The translations under genes were made by a program, and so were the position numbers. From NCBI GenBank assembly GCA_976226885.1, contig OZ320323.1, positions 16,430,001 through 16,494,000 of the forward strand: a stretch of 64,000 nt of DNA, given 5' to 3'. Source of the DNA: Iphione sp. A-MEVVRFRX5 (taxonomy: Eukaryota). Below the pieces are notes generated by a model that was given only the letters and a program-made list of their open reading frames with translations, had not been told where the DNA came from and searched no databases. Shown here in pieces: positions 14,201 through 27,572 of the stretch. Positions within the stretch are counted from its first letter, which is position 1, and each line of letters begins with the position of its first letter.

Positions 14201-17200
14201 ATACTGTTGCCTTCATCATTCGATCCTAAGTGTTTACGGATCTCTAGGTGGATAATAATTTAATCCCCACGTACACTGCTGAAAACAATTCATGTAAAGT
14301 TTATATATTTGAAGTGGCTAAAACAATCCCTAATACGAAATCACTTCGTTTTATTCATGAAAGGTAAAAAAACTTGTTTACTTTTATATCATCATATCAT
14401 ATGCCGGCTTTTACAAATATTACTAGAAAATTTGCTTTTAGTCATCCCACTAAAATAATTCCAACATTCAATTATCTGTATTCACTTTCGCTTGGGAAAC
14501 CACCTGTGGGACTGGGGAAATCTGGCCCCTGGTGCAGTCTGGTTTATTTTCTATAGAAGTATATCATACTTCTGGTTCCATAAAACTTGGACTGTCTCCT
14601 TGTCTGGTGTTTGTGATCTGGTCTTTATTTACTGACTGTATTTACTTGCTTATAGCCGTTAAGAATGGCATACAAGAAGACTCCTTCAATAGAGAAAATA
14701 CATTATTCTCATATACATCTATGTGAAAAATATGCATGACCACGACTAAATACACAGACTGTCAAAGACAGTCTTCTAATATTTAAACATAAACGGATGC
14801 ATCCAACCAAAGACGTCTATTTCAGACAAACGCACGCATATCATGAAATATGAATTTTGACATCTCACTCTGAAAACTCTACACAGCACACAGCACACGC
14901 ACATCAACATCCATTTTGGACAGCTTACCTCTCACATACACCTAGAGCACACACATAGACACACACACGTTCCCCAAAAGTTTACTTTATTCATACGACA
15001 ACAACAATTCAGCTGTGATTAACCATCACCCCAATACATCATACTCGGGTAAATCGTCGCTAGTATGGATGGCGGTGGTTTTCTTCTCTCTTCATAGAAA
15101 GGCTCCATAGCCGGAGGGCGTTAGGATATGAGCCGAGCCTCATTATTGATAACACAGGCTTCAAAACTGCACCTTGGTTGACCCCCGCTTTCTTGCTGCC
15201 ATTAGCGTTGGCGTCATCAACGGCTGGCGCCCTCTATCTCTCGCTGCTGGCGCGACGGCCGAAAAAGCGTAGAAGTAGAGGTCGGCTACATTCGCTGGTA
15301 ACGCGTTCGATGAGTGATCACGCCTAGCCAAACTGCGCTCTTCTTTTTCCTGGGTAGTGGGCTGGGCATAACTTCCTTCCAAGTTTCTCGATAACTATTA
15401 AATAATGCATTTTACAGCCTGCCTCTTGGGATGATCAATCATAAACTTATTTTTTTTGGCCGTCCTATACCTCGCTTTCTTACCGTTCAACCAGCGGTCC
15501 CTCATTCATATAAATATGTAAACAGTTGACCCTTGTGATATGATAGACCTTGGTTAAAGCAAGCGTTTTTAAAGGGGAAAATTTACGTCTAGGGAGATAG
15601 GAATGGTTTTTTAATTAAAGAGCACCGTCGCATAGTCGTAGTGTTTGAAGGCCTTCCAATGACCATTCAAATGTTACACAACTCCTACCTCAGGCTAATA
15701 CCCTCATCTCTCACAAAGTTGGGTGGGTCGGCTAGGAAACTAAACCGGTTCTTTATCGTTCTGCATAAGTTCAATATACTTTCCACGAGGTCCCTCTCGA
15801 AACACGTTTCGAATCTATGACTCCTATCTACTCTTTTTCTGGTTCTGGTATTCTCTTTATGTTACGACCTGTTTGTCCGCCTTGCATTCTCTCTTTCTCT
15901 CTATGTATCTCTGTCTTTTTCTGATGCTCTGTCATTTCAGTCTTCCAGGGACAGTTCCTCTCAGAGGTCCTTCTTTAACATTTCCTTTCCTATTTGTTTC
16001 TATAAGCCTTATTCCTATTCTTATCTGCATAGGTCACTGTTGCAATCCAGTGTGTGTATCTAATCGGTGCATAACTCTGTTCGCATGCCTCGATGTCTAT
16101 GATATTTCCTCCAGTCATCTTTCAGCTGTTTGACCTCAGTCCTTAGGTGACACTTTACTCCGTATCAGCCTCACGTTTTCATATGGATCCCTCTCTTCCC
16201 ATAAATTATTATCTGTTTTGCATACCCGTCCGTTCCTGTCTCTTCTTTAGAGACTTAGTTTATCTATTTTTAAATATGTTTCTCTTTCTTTTTCACTTCT
16301 TCTTTCGCTTTCCCCTAATATCTCATAATCTCGATCTCTCGTTCTTCCCGTCTCCTCTTTCTCCCTCTTCCGCTTTATATCGCTCATTTTCAGTCATGTG
16401 TAGACAGACAGCAATCAAGTCTGGTCTTTAATTATGTATAATAATTGTGCAAAATACGAAAATGTCCGCAGTTGAACCGACACCGAATATTCAAGCGACG
16501 TGAGCCTTTTTAACTCAGCAACTGCCGATGCCTGAGTTAATAGCGATCTTCTCATAATAAGTTCCGCACGCCTTCTGTTAATTTCAACTCAAATAATAGA
16601 GTTTATGGTCTCATCTCCAATTTATTACTTCCCATCGCATCTATGCCCTAATGTCTCTCTTCAAATGCGCCATTACTAACGCAGAGTCTATCTACCAATC
16701 GGTCCCGCCTTCTAGCCATATGGATCCCCCCCACCCCCATCCCCTCATCCTCCCGTCCTCCCCACATCCTCCATTTTCCGTCATTTTACCATCTCGCTTA
16801 TCACAGCGAATCTAATAACCCAGGGCCTGTTTCATTAAACTACCACTACGCGCCGCTACGGTCGTCAAACCTTCCGATTGGTTAATCATTAATGCCCTGG
16901 CTCGGAGATTAGAACGCGGTCCGGATAAAGTACCAGACTGGGCTTTTAAGGCAGAGTAGGGTGTGGATTACTCGCCTCGGTGTTAAAGTCAAGATGAACC
17001 ACCCCCTAATCAACACCAACATAATCCCATTACAAGGTCTAAGCGACCTGGGGCCCGTGTTCCCCGCCTCATTCTCTCCACTGCCATTGAACCCCAACCG
17101 CCCAGGCAATGATACCCTGATAGCGCTTTCCATTCTTCCCACCAGATGTCAGGAGAATGTACGACTTCTCGTTTGCCGCCGTCTGGTGACGATAAGTGTA

Positions 17201-17616
17201 AGCACGGAGGTTTTTGTTTCATTTTTGCGGAGTTGTTCCTGTAATTCTTGTAATAAGACGCGAATCTCTATGATTTCATCTGGCTTTGACCTGGGTCTTG
17301 GTTTTAAGTACAGGCACTTGATTGTTATATAAAGAACAGTTATAATCTGTGCCTCTGTATTTCTTACAGATACACTTTACTACAGTACTCTTTCCACATC
17401 ACATTCTCAACTTCCATTCGTTTGCCTTTTTCTTCCTTTTCCCAGTTTCTTTCAAACGCATAAATTCAACCAATTCCGTTTAGTTGTTTGGTCCTTTCCC
17501 TAAGAATCTCATTAACTGATCCATTCTTATTTCTCTGTGCCCATTTTCTCTCTCCCTTTCTCACTCTCGTGTCTCTATGTAAATTTCTTTTCCCTCTATC
17601 TCTCTACCTGTCTATC

Positions 17617-17621
<5 letters not shown>

Positions 17622-17665
<44 letters not shown>

Positions 17666-17692
17666 TCTCTCTCTCTCTCCCTCTCTCTCTCT
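17622..17692 (+). repeat. (CT)n microsatellite
   Basis: Direct reading. Confidence 0.95.
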
Positions 17693-18286
17693 CCGGTTCT
17701 GTAAATTTATGTCCCTGTCTCTCTGTCTCTACCTTCCTGTCTATCCGTCTGTCTTTCTCGCCCGGCTTTTGACCGGTAAGAAGGACCTTTGAGTACCATT
17801 TAGCCCTACTCGCTGAAGGAAACCCAACCCCAACCCTCAAGCTACCCATGCGGATGTACCATTGTTATCAAGCAGAGAAGACTTCCTTATCCAGCTGTCA
17901 CTCGAACGTGACCGCTGCTGACCCATGTCACATGGAATGCCCTGCAGTCAATTCCGCTGTGACAGGATAGGACCGAGTGTTCACCGAGTGCCGCGCCTAA
18001 AATAGTACTTGGACCTTCCCAATTGGCCTTCTCACCTCCTTATCCTCCTACAACATGTAGGGATATCTCCTACTACAGCGGCTTTCAAAAGCATTTCCTC
18101 AGGAGAAATGGCTCTCTCCCACCCCAACCTGTCTGAAAACTTAAGCTGGGCACAATTTTTGTATTGCGTTTCCCCAAAGCTAGAGATAGTTGTATATTGC
18201 CAGTGAGAGAATAGATTATGCTATCTTAATAGTAGTGTATAGAGGTACGGGGTTAACTCACACTACTCTTAATTTCATCTACATTG

Positions 18287-18314
18287 TTTCAAGTTTCAAG
18301 TTTCAAGTTTCAAG
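18287..18314 (+). repeat. (TTTCAAG)4 tandem repeat
   Basis: Direct reading. Confidence 0.9.
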
Positions 18315-18592
18315 TTTCTTTATTTCATATCTCTTTGCACCAGGCCAGGGCCGAATACATGGAGTTCTTCCAGTGAAATGCCCAACTTCTACAGTACATA
18401 TATAAGTTTGAGCATTCCACTGCACACACTAAATGACAATTAATATAGTAAACTTTCAGTAATTGACATTGACATTTTTTGTTGTTGGTGTTCGAGAAAT
18501 CATGGAATGCAGAGGAAATCAGTTGCAAAAGCTATATCACAGGTTTTCAAACGGCATTTTCTAGTTGGCTGCTCGAAGGACGTTCTGACAGG

Positions 18593-18698
18593 GCGACCTC
18601 TAGCGGGCAAAAAGGAGACCGGCATCCAATCATACCGGATATAATGCGCACTATTCCCACCAGATGTCAGCAGATACTCCCCAGGCGCCACCTGGTGC
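18593..18698. promoter_or_regulatory. Cluster of three CTCF-like motifs
   Basis: Reverse-complement CCGCTAGAGGTCGC (18593-18606), CCACCAGATGTCAG (18657-18670) and reverse-complement GCACCAGGTGGCGC (18685-18698), versus the consensus CCASYAGRKGGCRS. Confidence 0.35.
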
Positions 18699-19406
18699 CC
18701 TGTAGGCGAACTTGGGTAACACCGCTGCTCACTTGACGGTGTGAGAGGAGGCCAGCGTCTCAAGACAGTCACTTGACGAGACCGGAAGAGGTATGCTGAC
18801 CCCTTCCGCCCAAGCTTCCGGCTTACGGATCGGGGGTGGAGGCGGAGAAGGGGGTATTGTCTCCGTCAGCCAATCAGAGCGGTGTTAGAGGGTCACATGA
18901 CCTGGCGATGTTGGCGGGAGGGAAAATCCTCCTCCCTTTCTGGGCATGTCTCACCCGGCCTATCCTCTCAATCTTTCCCATTTCCACCCAATCCTTCACT
19001 TTTCTTTAGTCGACTGTCAGTGCCACCCAATGCACTGGGGTGCCGTTCTTAGGGAAGACTAACATAAACAAGTAGTCCTTTACTGGCCGTCGTGATAAGG
19101 TGGTAGCCAGAAACCAAACGACGTATCGTAGAGGATGGATGCACCTTGTATTTGGATGCCTTGCCGGCATTATGAACACAATTTAATCCTCCTGATTAAT
19201 GACTCAGTTTTCACCAATTACAGCTAATATACATTGCACTGACATTTCCTGAATTCCTTTGGAAGAGTCCCATCAGAAGCCGTTATGTTCCAAAAGATTG
19301 CATTCACTTTGAACGAGTTAAAACAAATTTCGATGATTATTCTTCTGTCATCTTGAACTCTGCGTAAACTTCTTTCCCTTTCCCACTGTCTCTTTCTACC
19401 TGCCTA

Positions 19407-19438
<32 letters not shown>

Positions 19439-19801
19439 CCTCCTCTCATTCCCTGTTGTCTTAACTTCCGATTTTTCTGCCTGATCTGTCAACGTTGAGA
19501 AATCCCTACAGGCAACTGTACTTTGTGCATTCTAGAGATTGCCGACAAGGGGCATGCTCCATGCATTTACCTGACACTAACTCCTACCTTAGGCATACTT
19601 TGGTTTCTATCTGCATTCGATGCTTCATACATTGCCCTCTACTCAATGTCTTTTTTATCAGATAACAACCCCTTGAGGTAGTGTATGTCATTCATGGTGT
19701 ATAATACATCATCCATCCACCATTTGTTGGATCAGAGGTGCTGCTGGTTTTGTCTCATCTATCATTCACTTAACTGTCATCAAGTTTCGGTTATCTGAGA
19801 T

Positions 19802-19961
19802 ACAATAGGATCTCTACTAACGCCCATCCTTATCCAGTGGTCACCTCCTTACTTCAGTCGGATGGCATTGAAAGAGGCGGCCATCTTTTACACACTAAAC
19901 CACCTCTCTCCAGCGGTCATTTGATGGAAACAAAGGTGACCACTGGGGAGAGTTCCGACTG
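19802..19961. mobile_element. Degenerate Tigger/pogo-like MITE
   Basis: Perfect internal 13-bp inverted repeat CCAGTGGTCACCT (19834-19846) / AGGTGACCACTGG (19934-19946); ends loosely resemble CAGTNGAACYTCT. Confidence 0.4.
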
Positions 19962-21614
19962 TGGTTAATAGGTCCTTCAGGTAAGAAATATGTCATCCAC
20001 ACTCTCTCCACCTGCCTTTAACTATCTGTTATCTATGACATAACAGATTCATCGTAAAGCATCCGTCATGAACACTTTTATGGTATTTCGGGAGAAGCAT
20101 CTCATCCATGACAGACAACATTGCAGATCACAGTGGTTCAAGGTCACACAGGACATACAAGTTAGAGAAACCCGTTCATTCAATGGCGTCTGCCTTTCTT
20201 GCACTAGAATTTCTGGCAAAGGAAGTTGTTTGACTCTTCTCTAACTATTGTGTATCTTCATAGACCACTCTCCTGAGGCGAAAAGTGCAATGTGCAGTTA
20301 AGGTCCTATGTGTAGCCAAGTGGGAAAAAAACTGTGTGCAATAAAATGTTATACGAAATGCCAATCGCATAAATTTTGAGTTTTACCGTATTTATTTAAA
20401 CTATTTATATTATCATCGGATATTGTTTATGAATTGTAAGCTTTAATATCAAAATAGGGTTAAAACCTCTTAATATTATTTTACATACACTAGATCCTCA
20501 GTATTTGACCACCCCAGAATAAGGCCCACTTCTTTTATTTGCTGCAGAGAACCAAGCCTTTCATCTATAGTTCATGTATCTTACAGAGCTGGGTGACACA
20601 CCCTCACTGAGGACACTTTTGACTGACAAACAAGGATGCCATACAAAGTAAAGTTTTGCTGTACATGTATTTGGTAGTTGTTGTTAGAGCTACACCAGTT
20701 TGTGTAGTAAACTTGGTTTTAACGCTCATCTCTCATGAGGTAGAATAAAGCAAGCAAACTTTGTTACTTTAGTTCAAGATATGATGAATCACGGAGTCTT
20801 TCTTTTCAAGTAGAAAACAGTAACTGCACCGGACCTGGGCGGATGACCTTGACCTGAACTTGAAAACCCCGTCTCAGGCCCGGGCAATGGGGTCAATGCT
20901 ATTAGTGTAAAGGAGTATGGTTGGAGCGCAGGTAGCCCATGACTGAACCCGGGTAGAGCAATTTTCAGCTGTGATAACTATCTCCAGGGTCACTCTCTTC
21001 CTTACAAGGCTCTATATTTTGCATGGTGAGACCCAGCTGCAGGTTGTGTGGGAAAATATATTCCGAGACGGGAAGTGAACGAATCCACTGATTTGCATTA
21101 AATATTCCCGTTCCACGTGGTATCTATGCTTGCTGTTTGCCTCGCTCAAATCGAGGGACTGACCGCTCGTTTGTCACCGGAAGAATTTCATCAAAAGGCT
21201 AGTGGAAAACCGCCATATCCTCTCGAGTAGGCGATGTTATTGACAAGGTGCTGCCTGGATTAATGCCGTGTAGCACACATGCGTATGGTTTAATAACATC
21301 CTCTACGCCCGTAATGTTTCCCTAGCATCTCCTATCTTCTATGCCGCACCTCCCCGCCCCCCCCCCCTCTCCCGTGGGCTTTCCCCATATTTCTAGAGGC
21401 TACAGAGAGACTGCACCCTGGAGGCAAGCCCCCGGAGTCCCCCCCATCCATCGAGTGAGGGGGGCTCGGTGAAGGGGTCAGGCTGCTTGATTCGTTTTGT
21501 GGTCGTTGCCAGGACCGTATCCATCACGTGGTGTGTCATGTGGTCGACACGCCGATCGGTCTGTGTGTGTCCGCTGACCGATCTTCTAGGGGACCTCCTC
21601 ACCCCTCGTCGGGT

Positions 21615-21695
21615 CGTGTGTGTGTGTGTGTTTGTGTGTTTGTGAGTGTGTGTGTCTGTGTATGTGTTGGTGTGCATCTGTGAGTGTATGTGTGT
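21615..21695 (+). repeat. (TG)n microsatellite, imperfect
   Basis: Direct reading. Confidence 0.85.
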
Positions 21696-21774
21696 ATATC
21701 CACCCCAACCCGATCCCCACTGGACAACCATCCCTTGCTCCCTCGGATCCTTCTGCCTGCCTCCCAGTCAAGAC

Positions 21775-21997
21775 ATGAGCTCACGTAGATGTCACAGTGA
21801 GATCACAGGAACCACACAGCTGTGAGCTCACATGTATTATATCACAGTGAGCTCACAGATACCTCACGGCTGTGAGCTCACATGTATTATATCACAGTGA
21901 GCTCACAGATACCTCACGGCTGTGAGCTCATATGTCTGATATCACAGTGAGCTCACAGATACCTCACAGCTGTGAGCTCATATGTATTATATCACAG
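21775..21997 (+). repeat. Minisatellite, ~50-bp unit x ~4.5, rich in GTGAGCTCAC palindromes
   Basis: Unit ATCACAGTGAGCTCACAGATACCTCACGGCTGTGAGCTCACATGTATTAT. Confidence 0.9.
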
Positions 21998-22143
21998 TTA
22001 CGTTTCCGGTCGTGTAGGGACAGCAAATGGAGCTACAGACATGTGCTATAGCTTGTTGGAAAGCTCTTGATGAGAGCTTTCCAACGAGCTATAGCATGTG
22101 TCTGTAGCTCCATTTTCTGTCTCTACACAGCCGAAAACGTAAC
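21997..22143. repeat. Long foldback inverted repeat (71-bp arms, 5-nt loop)
   Basis: Arm 21997-22067 pairs with 22073-22143 (core ...TTGGAAAGCTCT-TGATG-AGAGCTTTCCAA...), with about 9 mismatches. Confidence 0.9.
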
Positions 22144-22784
22144 GGAAAAACGTTGAGGTTACCCATATTGAGGTTACCCAGAATGCTCTCTGGCAGATTT
22201 GAATTTTGTAAACAACAGAGCTCTGCATGTAGTGACTCTCTGCACTTCAAGGAAGGATCTATGGAAAAATACTGTAAGGAAAGAGTTTAATTGCTGCAGG
22301 TGAGTATCTTTATGTTAAAATGAACTTAAGTGTACATTTATTTGGTGTAATTCTGAAGAGATTAAGAGAAAAACAAGGAAAGTTGTCAGTCATGTGTAGG
22401 TTATGCCTCCCTCATGCTAATCTAAGGATTACCTGGTTTAGATAAAAGCAAATTTCCTTCAAATTAGAGGGAAAAGATATTATAAATGGTATCAGATAGT
22501 CAGTATACAGTGTGTTTGGTATTCTGCTTATGTATAAATAGATTAGTTATGTGTTTCTGCTCTAAACAAAGGTTTGTCAGTGATTTTTTTTGGTGTTTAG
22601 AGCCAAGGTAGTGCCAGTGTAGGGATACTATCATATTAAATCTTCTTCTGGGTTCCCAGACATGAAATAAGTGCATTGTTCATTTTATTTTTAATGTAAT
22701 GAGATCCATTGAGATAGTTTCTATGAGTAAATATTATATCTTCCTTCTGTTCTCTCTTAATGTAGGCAGTGGCCAGTCTCATAG

Positions 22785-22925
22785 CGTGAGCTCAGTCTGA
22801 GCTCATAGTGAGCTCACACTGTGAGGTCACAATGTGAGCTCACTGTGAGGTAACCGTGAGGTTACAAATTGAGTTCAGCATGAGCTCATGATATGAGGTC
22901 ACTGTTAGCTCAGTGTGAGGTCACA
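22785..22925 (+). repeat. Degenerate short-period GTGAGCTCA/GTGAGGTCA array
   Basis: About 10 copies of TGAG(C/G)T(C/T)A, related to the 21775-21997 array. Confidence 0.7.
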
Positions 22926-25900
22926 TTCCTGACTGGGCTACCTGTTTCTGTCTTTGCCTTATATTTAATCTCCTCCTCTATCTGCTGTCTGTTGATCTCC
23001 CTGTCAATACTATGTATAGTCTTCCTCCGCATCTCTAACTGTCCGTCTATCTGTATCGCTCCTCCCCTTCACCCCTATCGGTGCTTGTCTATGCTGGATA
23101 ATGACTCATATTACGTAATCTTGAGATCTGTATCTGTCTACCTCTATTGATCTGTCTCGTATTCCTCCCTTCATCTTTCAGGGAGAACTTTCTTCTCTTT
23201 CCATGCATGTCCCCCAAATCATGCATCATTTTAGAAGCTGTATTCTCTCTGTCTTTCTACACGGAAGGCATCTTCCCGTTCTTTCTACCTGTCTATCTGT
23301 CTGTCTTATTAACTTCCTCACTGGCAAGTCTGTGTCCTCATCTGCATGACCCTATCCTGTCAGTCATTCGCCTCCTATCCATTCAACCTAAGATCTGCTG
23401 TCTGTCCATCTTCCTGTCTATTTCTGTGCTCATCTACATAAGCATTTATATCTGTGGTCGAGTAAAGGATCTGGTAAATTAGGTACAAGAGCGAGAGATT
23501 GAATGGAATCCTATCTTGAGGTCTAAATGATCACTTTACTCGTTCTAATTACTAAACAGTTAAGTGCGGCTGTGAGATGATATTTTCAGTTGATTTTCCG
23601 AACATGTTCACTGAATTCAACTAGGCAATGATATCAACTTCAACCGTGATCTGTTCCATGACCTTTCATAGTTGTCTGCTCTAAAATACCTAGGAGTTTC
23701 ACAGGTTAGCATTTTAGAATTATCCTCCTGTAGTGCTTTTTACTATACATGTAATTTGTATATGTACGTGTATGTATCCTGAATACTCTCATTTTGACCC
23801 AAACTACGACATTTAATTTCTACAAATTCACTAGCACCTACATTGTATATGTGTCTGTAATGCAGTTCTGCTTAGCTCTCTCAATCCATGTCTCTCTCTC
23901 TCTTTGGCACTGTAAATATCTTCGCTTGCTATATCCTAGATATAAGCATTAACCGTCAGTGACGCCCATCAGAAAACAATAGTACTTAACATGTTATTCC
24001 TTTCTCCCGACCGTGAACGTATTTCTCTTACAGGAATGTGTGTCAGGTGGTCAATGAAGCCACTGTCTATTCTTCATGTTCCCTCTTTACCTTCGCGATA
24101 TTTTAACAAGCACCGAAGAGTGTGATAAATAGAGGGACGTTACCACTGAGGCTATGAAAACTACAGGGACGCGTGAGTCACATTCCTGTTGAAACTGAAC
24201 ATGGGTCCCATATATGTTTTCCACTGTTCCTCTGAGACTTACTTTCTTCTGTGCAAATCTGAATGCCACCAATGTAAACCGACCAAAGCCTTGTGTTCGC
24301 GAAGACCAAGAGATAAAAAGCGTCAGATATATATAGCCGTGAACAGGAACAAGGGAGATATTACGGCAAATTGCATTGTCAATAATTTAAACATCCTTCT
24401 CGGATGCTCCTCAGTGTCCTAACGTTTAATTATCATGCTCGCCACAACCCATCAAGCTACCCGGCGCGTTCAACGTGATCGGAGCGAGCAGAAAACAGGA
24501 GAAAGGAGCGACACGACCGGCCTGCCATAGAGGGCGGCGGCCGCTATGGCAGGCCGAGTGCGGCCATAAATGATACAACAGGCACCGCGAGAACGCGGCG
24601 TCTCTGCGCAATCTCCGGCCAGAGCGGCGGCATCCGTTCTAACTCAATAAGCAAACTTAAACGAGGCTCCCGGGAACGCGGAGTTAGAAGAAGAAGAAAA
24701 AAAAACCCTCGTGGTCCGTCCGCAAGGGAGGTTGGGAACCGGGAAGCGGAGAGCACCTCCTCTGTGGCGCTCGACGCCATGCAAAATGTATGGGAAGTAG
24801 AACCCCACGCGCCCCCCCTACGGGTGCCCCCCCCCCTTCATCTTACCAACTCCTACGACCCCTTGGCTACCCCTTAGCCCCCCCCTTCCTTCACTACTGG
24901 CCTTCATAGGGGTGTGGTGCTCGCCATAACGGGTGCTTTATGGCTTATGACTGCCATTGTATTCTACTGGGGGTGCGCCTGGAACGGCCAAGGGAGGAAG
25001 GACCCACCAAATACTCGGGAAGTTGAAAAGTTAAATTCGTCCACAACCTCTAAACTTGGGTCATCACGTCAGCAGCGAGGGAAGAGAGTATACTTCAGGA
25101 GAATGCCGATTTCCCAGCTGAAAATCGCGATTTGGTTTGAATGGGAATAGCTGGGAAAACATGATGCGAAAGACTTTTTTTTATAGCATATCTCATCTTG
25201 AGGTCTGAATACTGGCAATTCAACAAAGTTGTATTCAGTCGTATTTATACTGTCGTTAGATCACTTAATGTCTTGATTTAGATCCCAAACAAATAGATAA
25301 TTTATTATCAACGAAGTGAATGGGTCAAGAGGCGAAGAAACAACTTACTGAAGGGAACTGGTTACAGTATTTGAGTATTACAAAGACATGTAAATTGATC
25401 GTGTGATCTTTCGACCAATCAGTGCTCCCGTAGCATTTGAATTTTCAATCCAAATAAAAGATTTCTGGATCTGAATGACGCCAAATAAAATAAAAGCAGA
25501 ATATTTATTAGTGGATATACTTATTTTCATTTGGAGAACACAAATCATGCTTGCTTTTTACAGTATAACTACTTAATCCCTCTGTTTTCCACAAATGCCT
25601 TAACTCGTAATATCTACTGCTTACCTCACAACTGTCGGAAGTTTAGTTCCACCAAGAAGCATGAAGCCTGAATTATGTAACGAATTTTAATGTCTTTCCT
25701 GCTTTGAATTACAAATACCCCAGGCATAAAAAAATCTGTTTCCAGTAACATGATAAAAAAATTAGAGGGCCAGGTAGCTGGCTTTTTCTTAAATTTTTTT
25801 TTCTTTTTATGTTAACAGATATTGGAAGCCAACGGTGTGTGAGATGGCTGTAAACGCAAAGAATACAATGTAAATCTATGTTAGATGATGAAAAGTTGGT

Positions 25901-27239
25901 GAATGGACAGAAAAAGCAGCAGAATTTGATAGCGAATTCGATGGGGAATAGTGCTAAACCTGGCAAACTTGAAGGAGAAAAGTATTAAAACCAACGAATA
26001 TGATGGAATTTTGCAACATTCTATGAATTTGTGCATCAATCATGCGTTTTAGCTCATCTGACATGAGTCACGTTACAAATTCTATCTCCCACATCCTACT
26101 AGAGTGCTGGTGTGCATCTTTATCGGAAATGTCCGTAAAACGATGCACTGTATGGTAATGTACCGCAATGCACACCAACACCCCCTGGAGACCAACACGC
26201 ATAGAGGAAACCTCCCATTGGATTCAACGTATTCTATAAATACACACAGCAATGCACATAATAGGACACTGGGCCTCAGGGAATAACAAATGAGGGACAG
26301 CAATATAGATTGTGTGACAGGAAAGGAAAACCGTACATAAAACCAAAACAGACACAGAGAAGCAGAAATGAAGAAAGACGAAGGGGATGGGGTGGCCCTG
26401 GTCATCATATTGCAACAAGTAAATAATTGTTGGTAGAGATTAGAATACTCGGGGAGGAACTATGAAGCACAATAGAACTATTTACTTGAATAGAATGGCA
26501 TGCAGGTAACTCGAGAAGATGGCAGGGGAGGGCGTTAGTGTGTTATCATAGACAAACTTAACAAAGAGCTATGGCCAAATAAGGGAAGAAAGCAGAACAT
26601 TTCTGTTCTTCATTTGAATCCCTTTTTCGAAACACAAGTATTAACTTTTCGGACGTCATGTGCATAACTTATCTTATCGGTCGTGTACGTCGCGCAGCGC
26701 CTGCTGGGAAAACACCAGTCGGTAGCGCCACACGACGGATGGTCCCCGCCTTACAAACGATGCAAATCGAGACGAACTGAGGAATATACATATACTATTG
26801 TCGAATAAGTTGGAGTTTGCTGCGACATTCATTACTCAGCATATAAAGAATGACCTTCTGAATTATAAATTGGTTAACGGACAGAGATACCTCTCACGTA
26901 CAATTTCTAACGCCCTCTCGTAAATGTCTGGTACCTACTTTGTTGCTAAAAGTCCATGCATTTGTAGATTGTGTCCGAGAAAAGCAAGCTGCTGAACACT
27001 CTTAGCTAGTTGCAGGGACATGTTATTGACAAATATATGTTATCCTGGTGAACAGGAGATTTTTCATTCGTGCAAACATGTTACTCATGGAGTTTAGCAC
27101 ACAAATGTAGGGCCATATTAAAACTTGTGTCGACATAGATATTGTTTTTAACTAACTACATTATTCTATTCTGTTCTGATATGTATAATGTATTCTATTC
27201 TGCTTCTGAAATATGATTTTCAGCAAATGCGAAAACCAG

Positions 27240-27255
27240 GGGCCGGCTGCTGTAA
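27240..27255 (+). repeat. Left terminal inverted repeat of the Harbinger element
   Basis: GGGCCGGCTGCTGTAA, preceded by CAG; 15/16 match to the reverse complement of 36176-36191. Confidence 0.92.
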
Positions 27256-27472
27256 TGCATATCTTAAACCGCTTCCCTTGAACCGTATTAAGGATGACCC
27301 ATTTTTCTTACGACGGCTTAAGCGCTAAATCTTTTGACCTCGAACCGCTAATACCGCCGCGATTACGAGTGAGTGTCCCGTGTCCGCTGATTGGTGGAAT
27401 TCGTAATTTTCGCACGTATTTTGGCTTCCGCCGTAAACAAACACACGTGTTGGCTCCACGTGTACCTAGTAG

Positions 27473-27480
27473 TATATAAA
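27473..27480 (+). promoter_or_regulatory. TATA box upstream of the Myb-like gene
   Basis: TATATAAA 100 nt upstream of ATG 27573. Confidence 0.55.
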
Positions 27481-27572
27481 GGGGCAACTCTGAGCAGCTC
27501 GACACACTGCCGCTCAGGTATCCAGCAAACTCCGTTTGTCTTCGTAATTTTCGTAACGTCATCCTCAACACC

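Noticed and set aside
16820-16900. Small Harbinger-like MITE (CCAGGGC...GCCCTGG)
   Set aside because: The inverted repeat is only 14/19 and too short to support without other copies.
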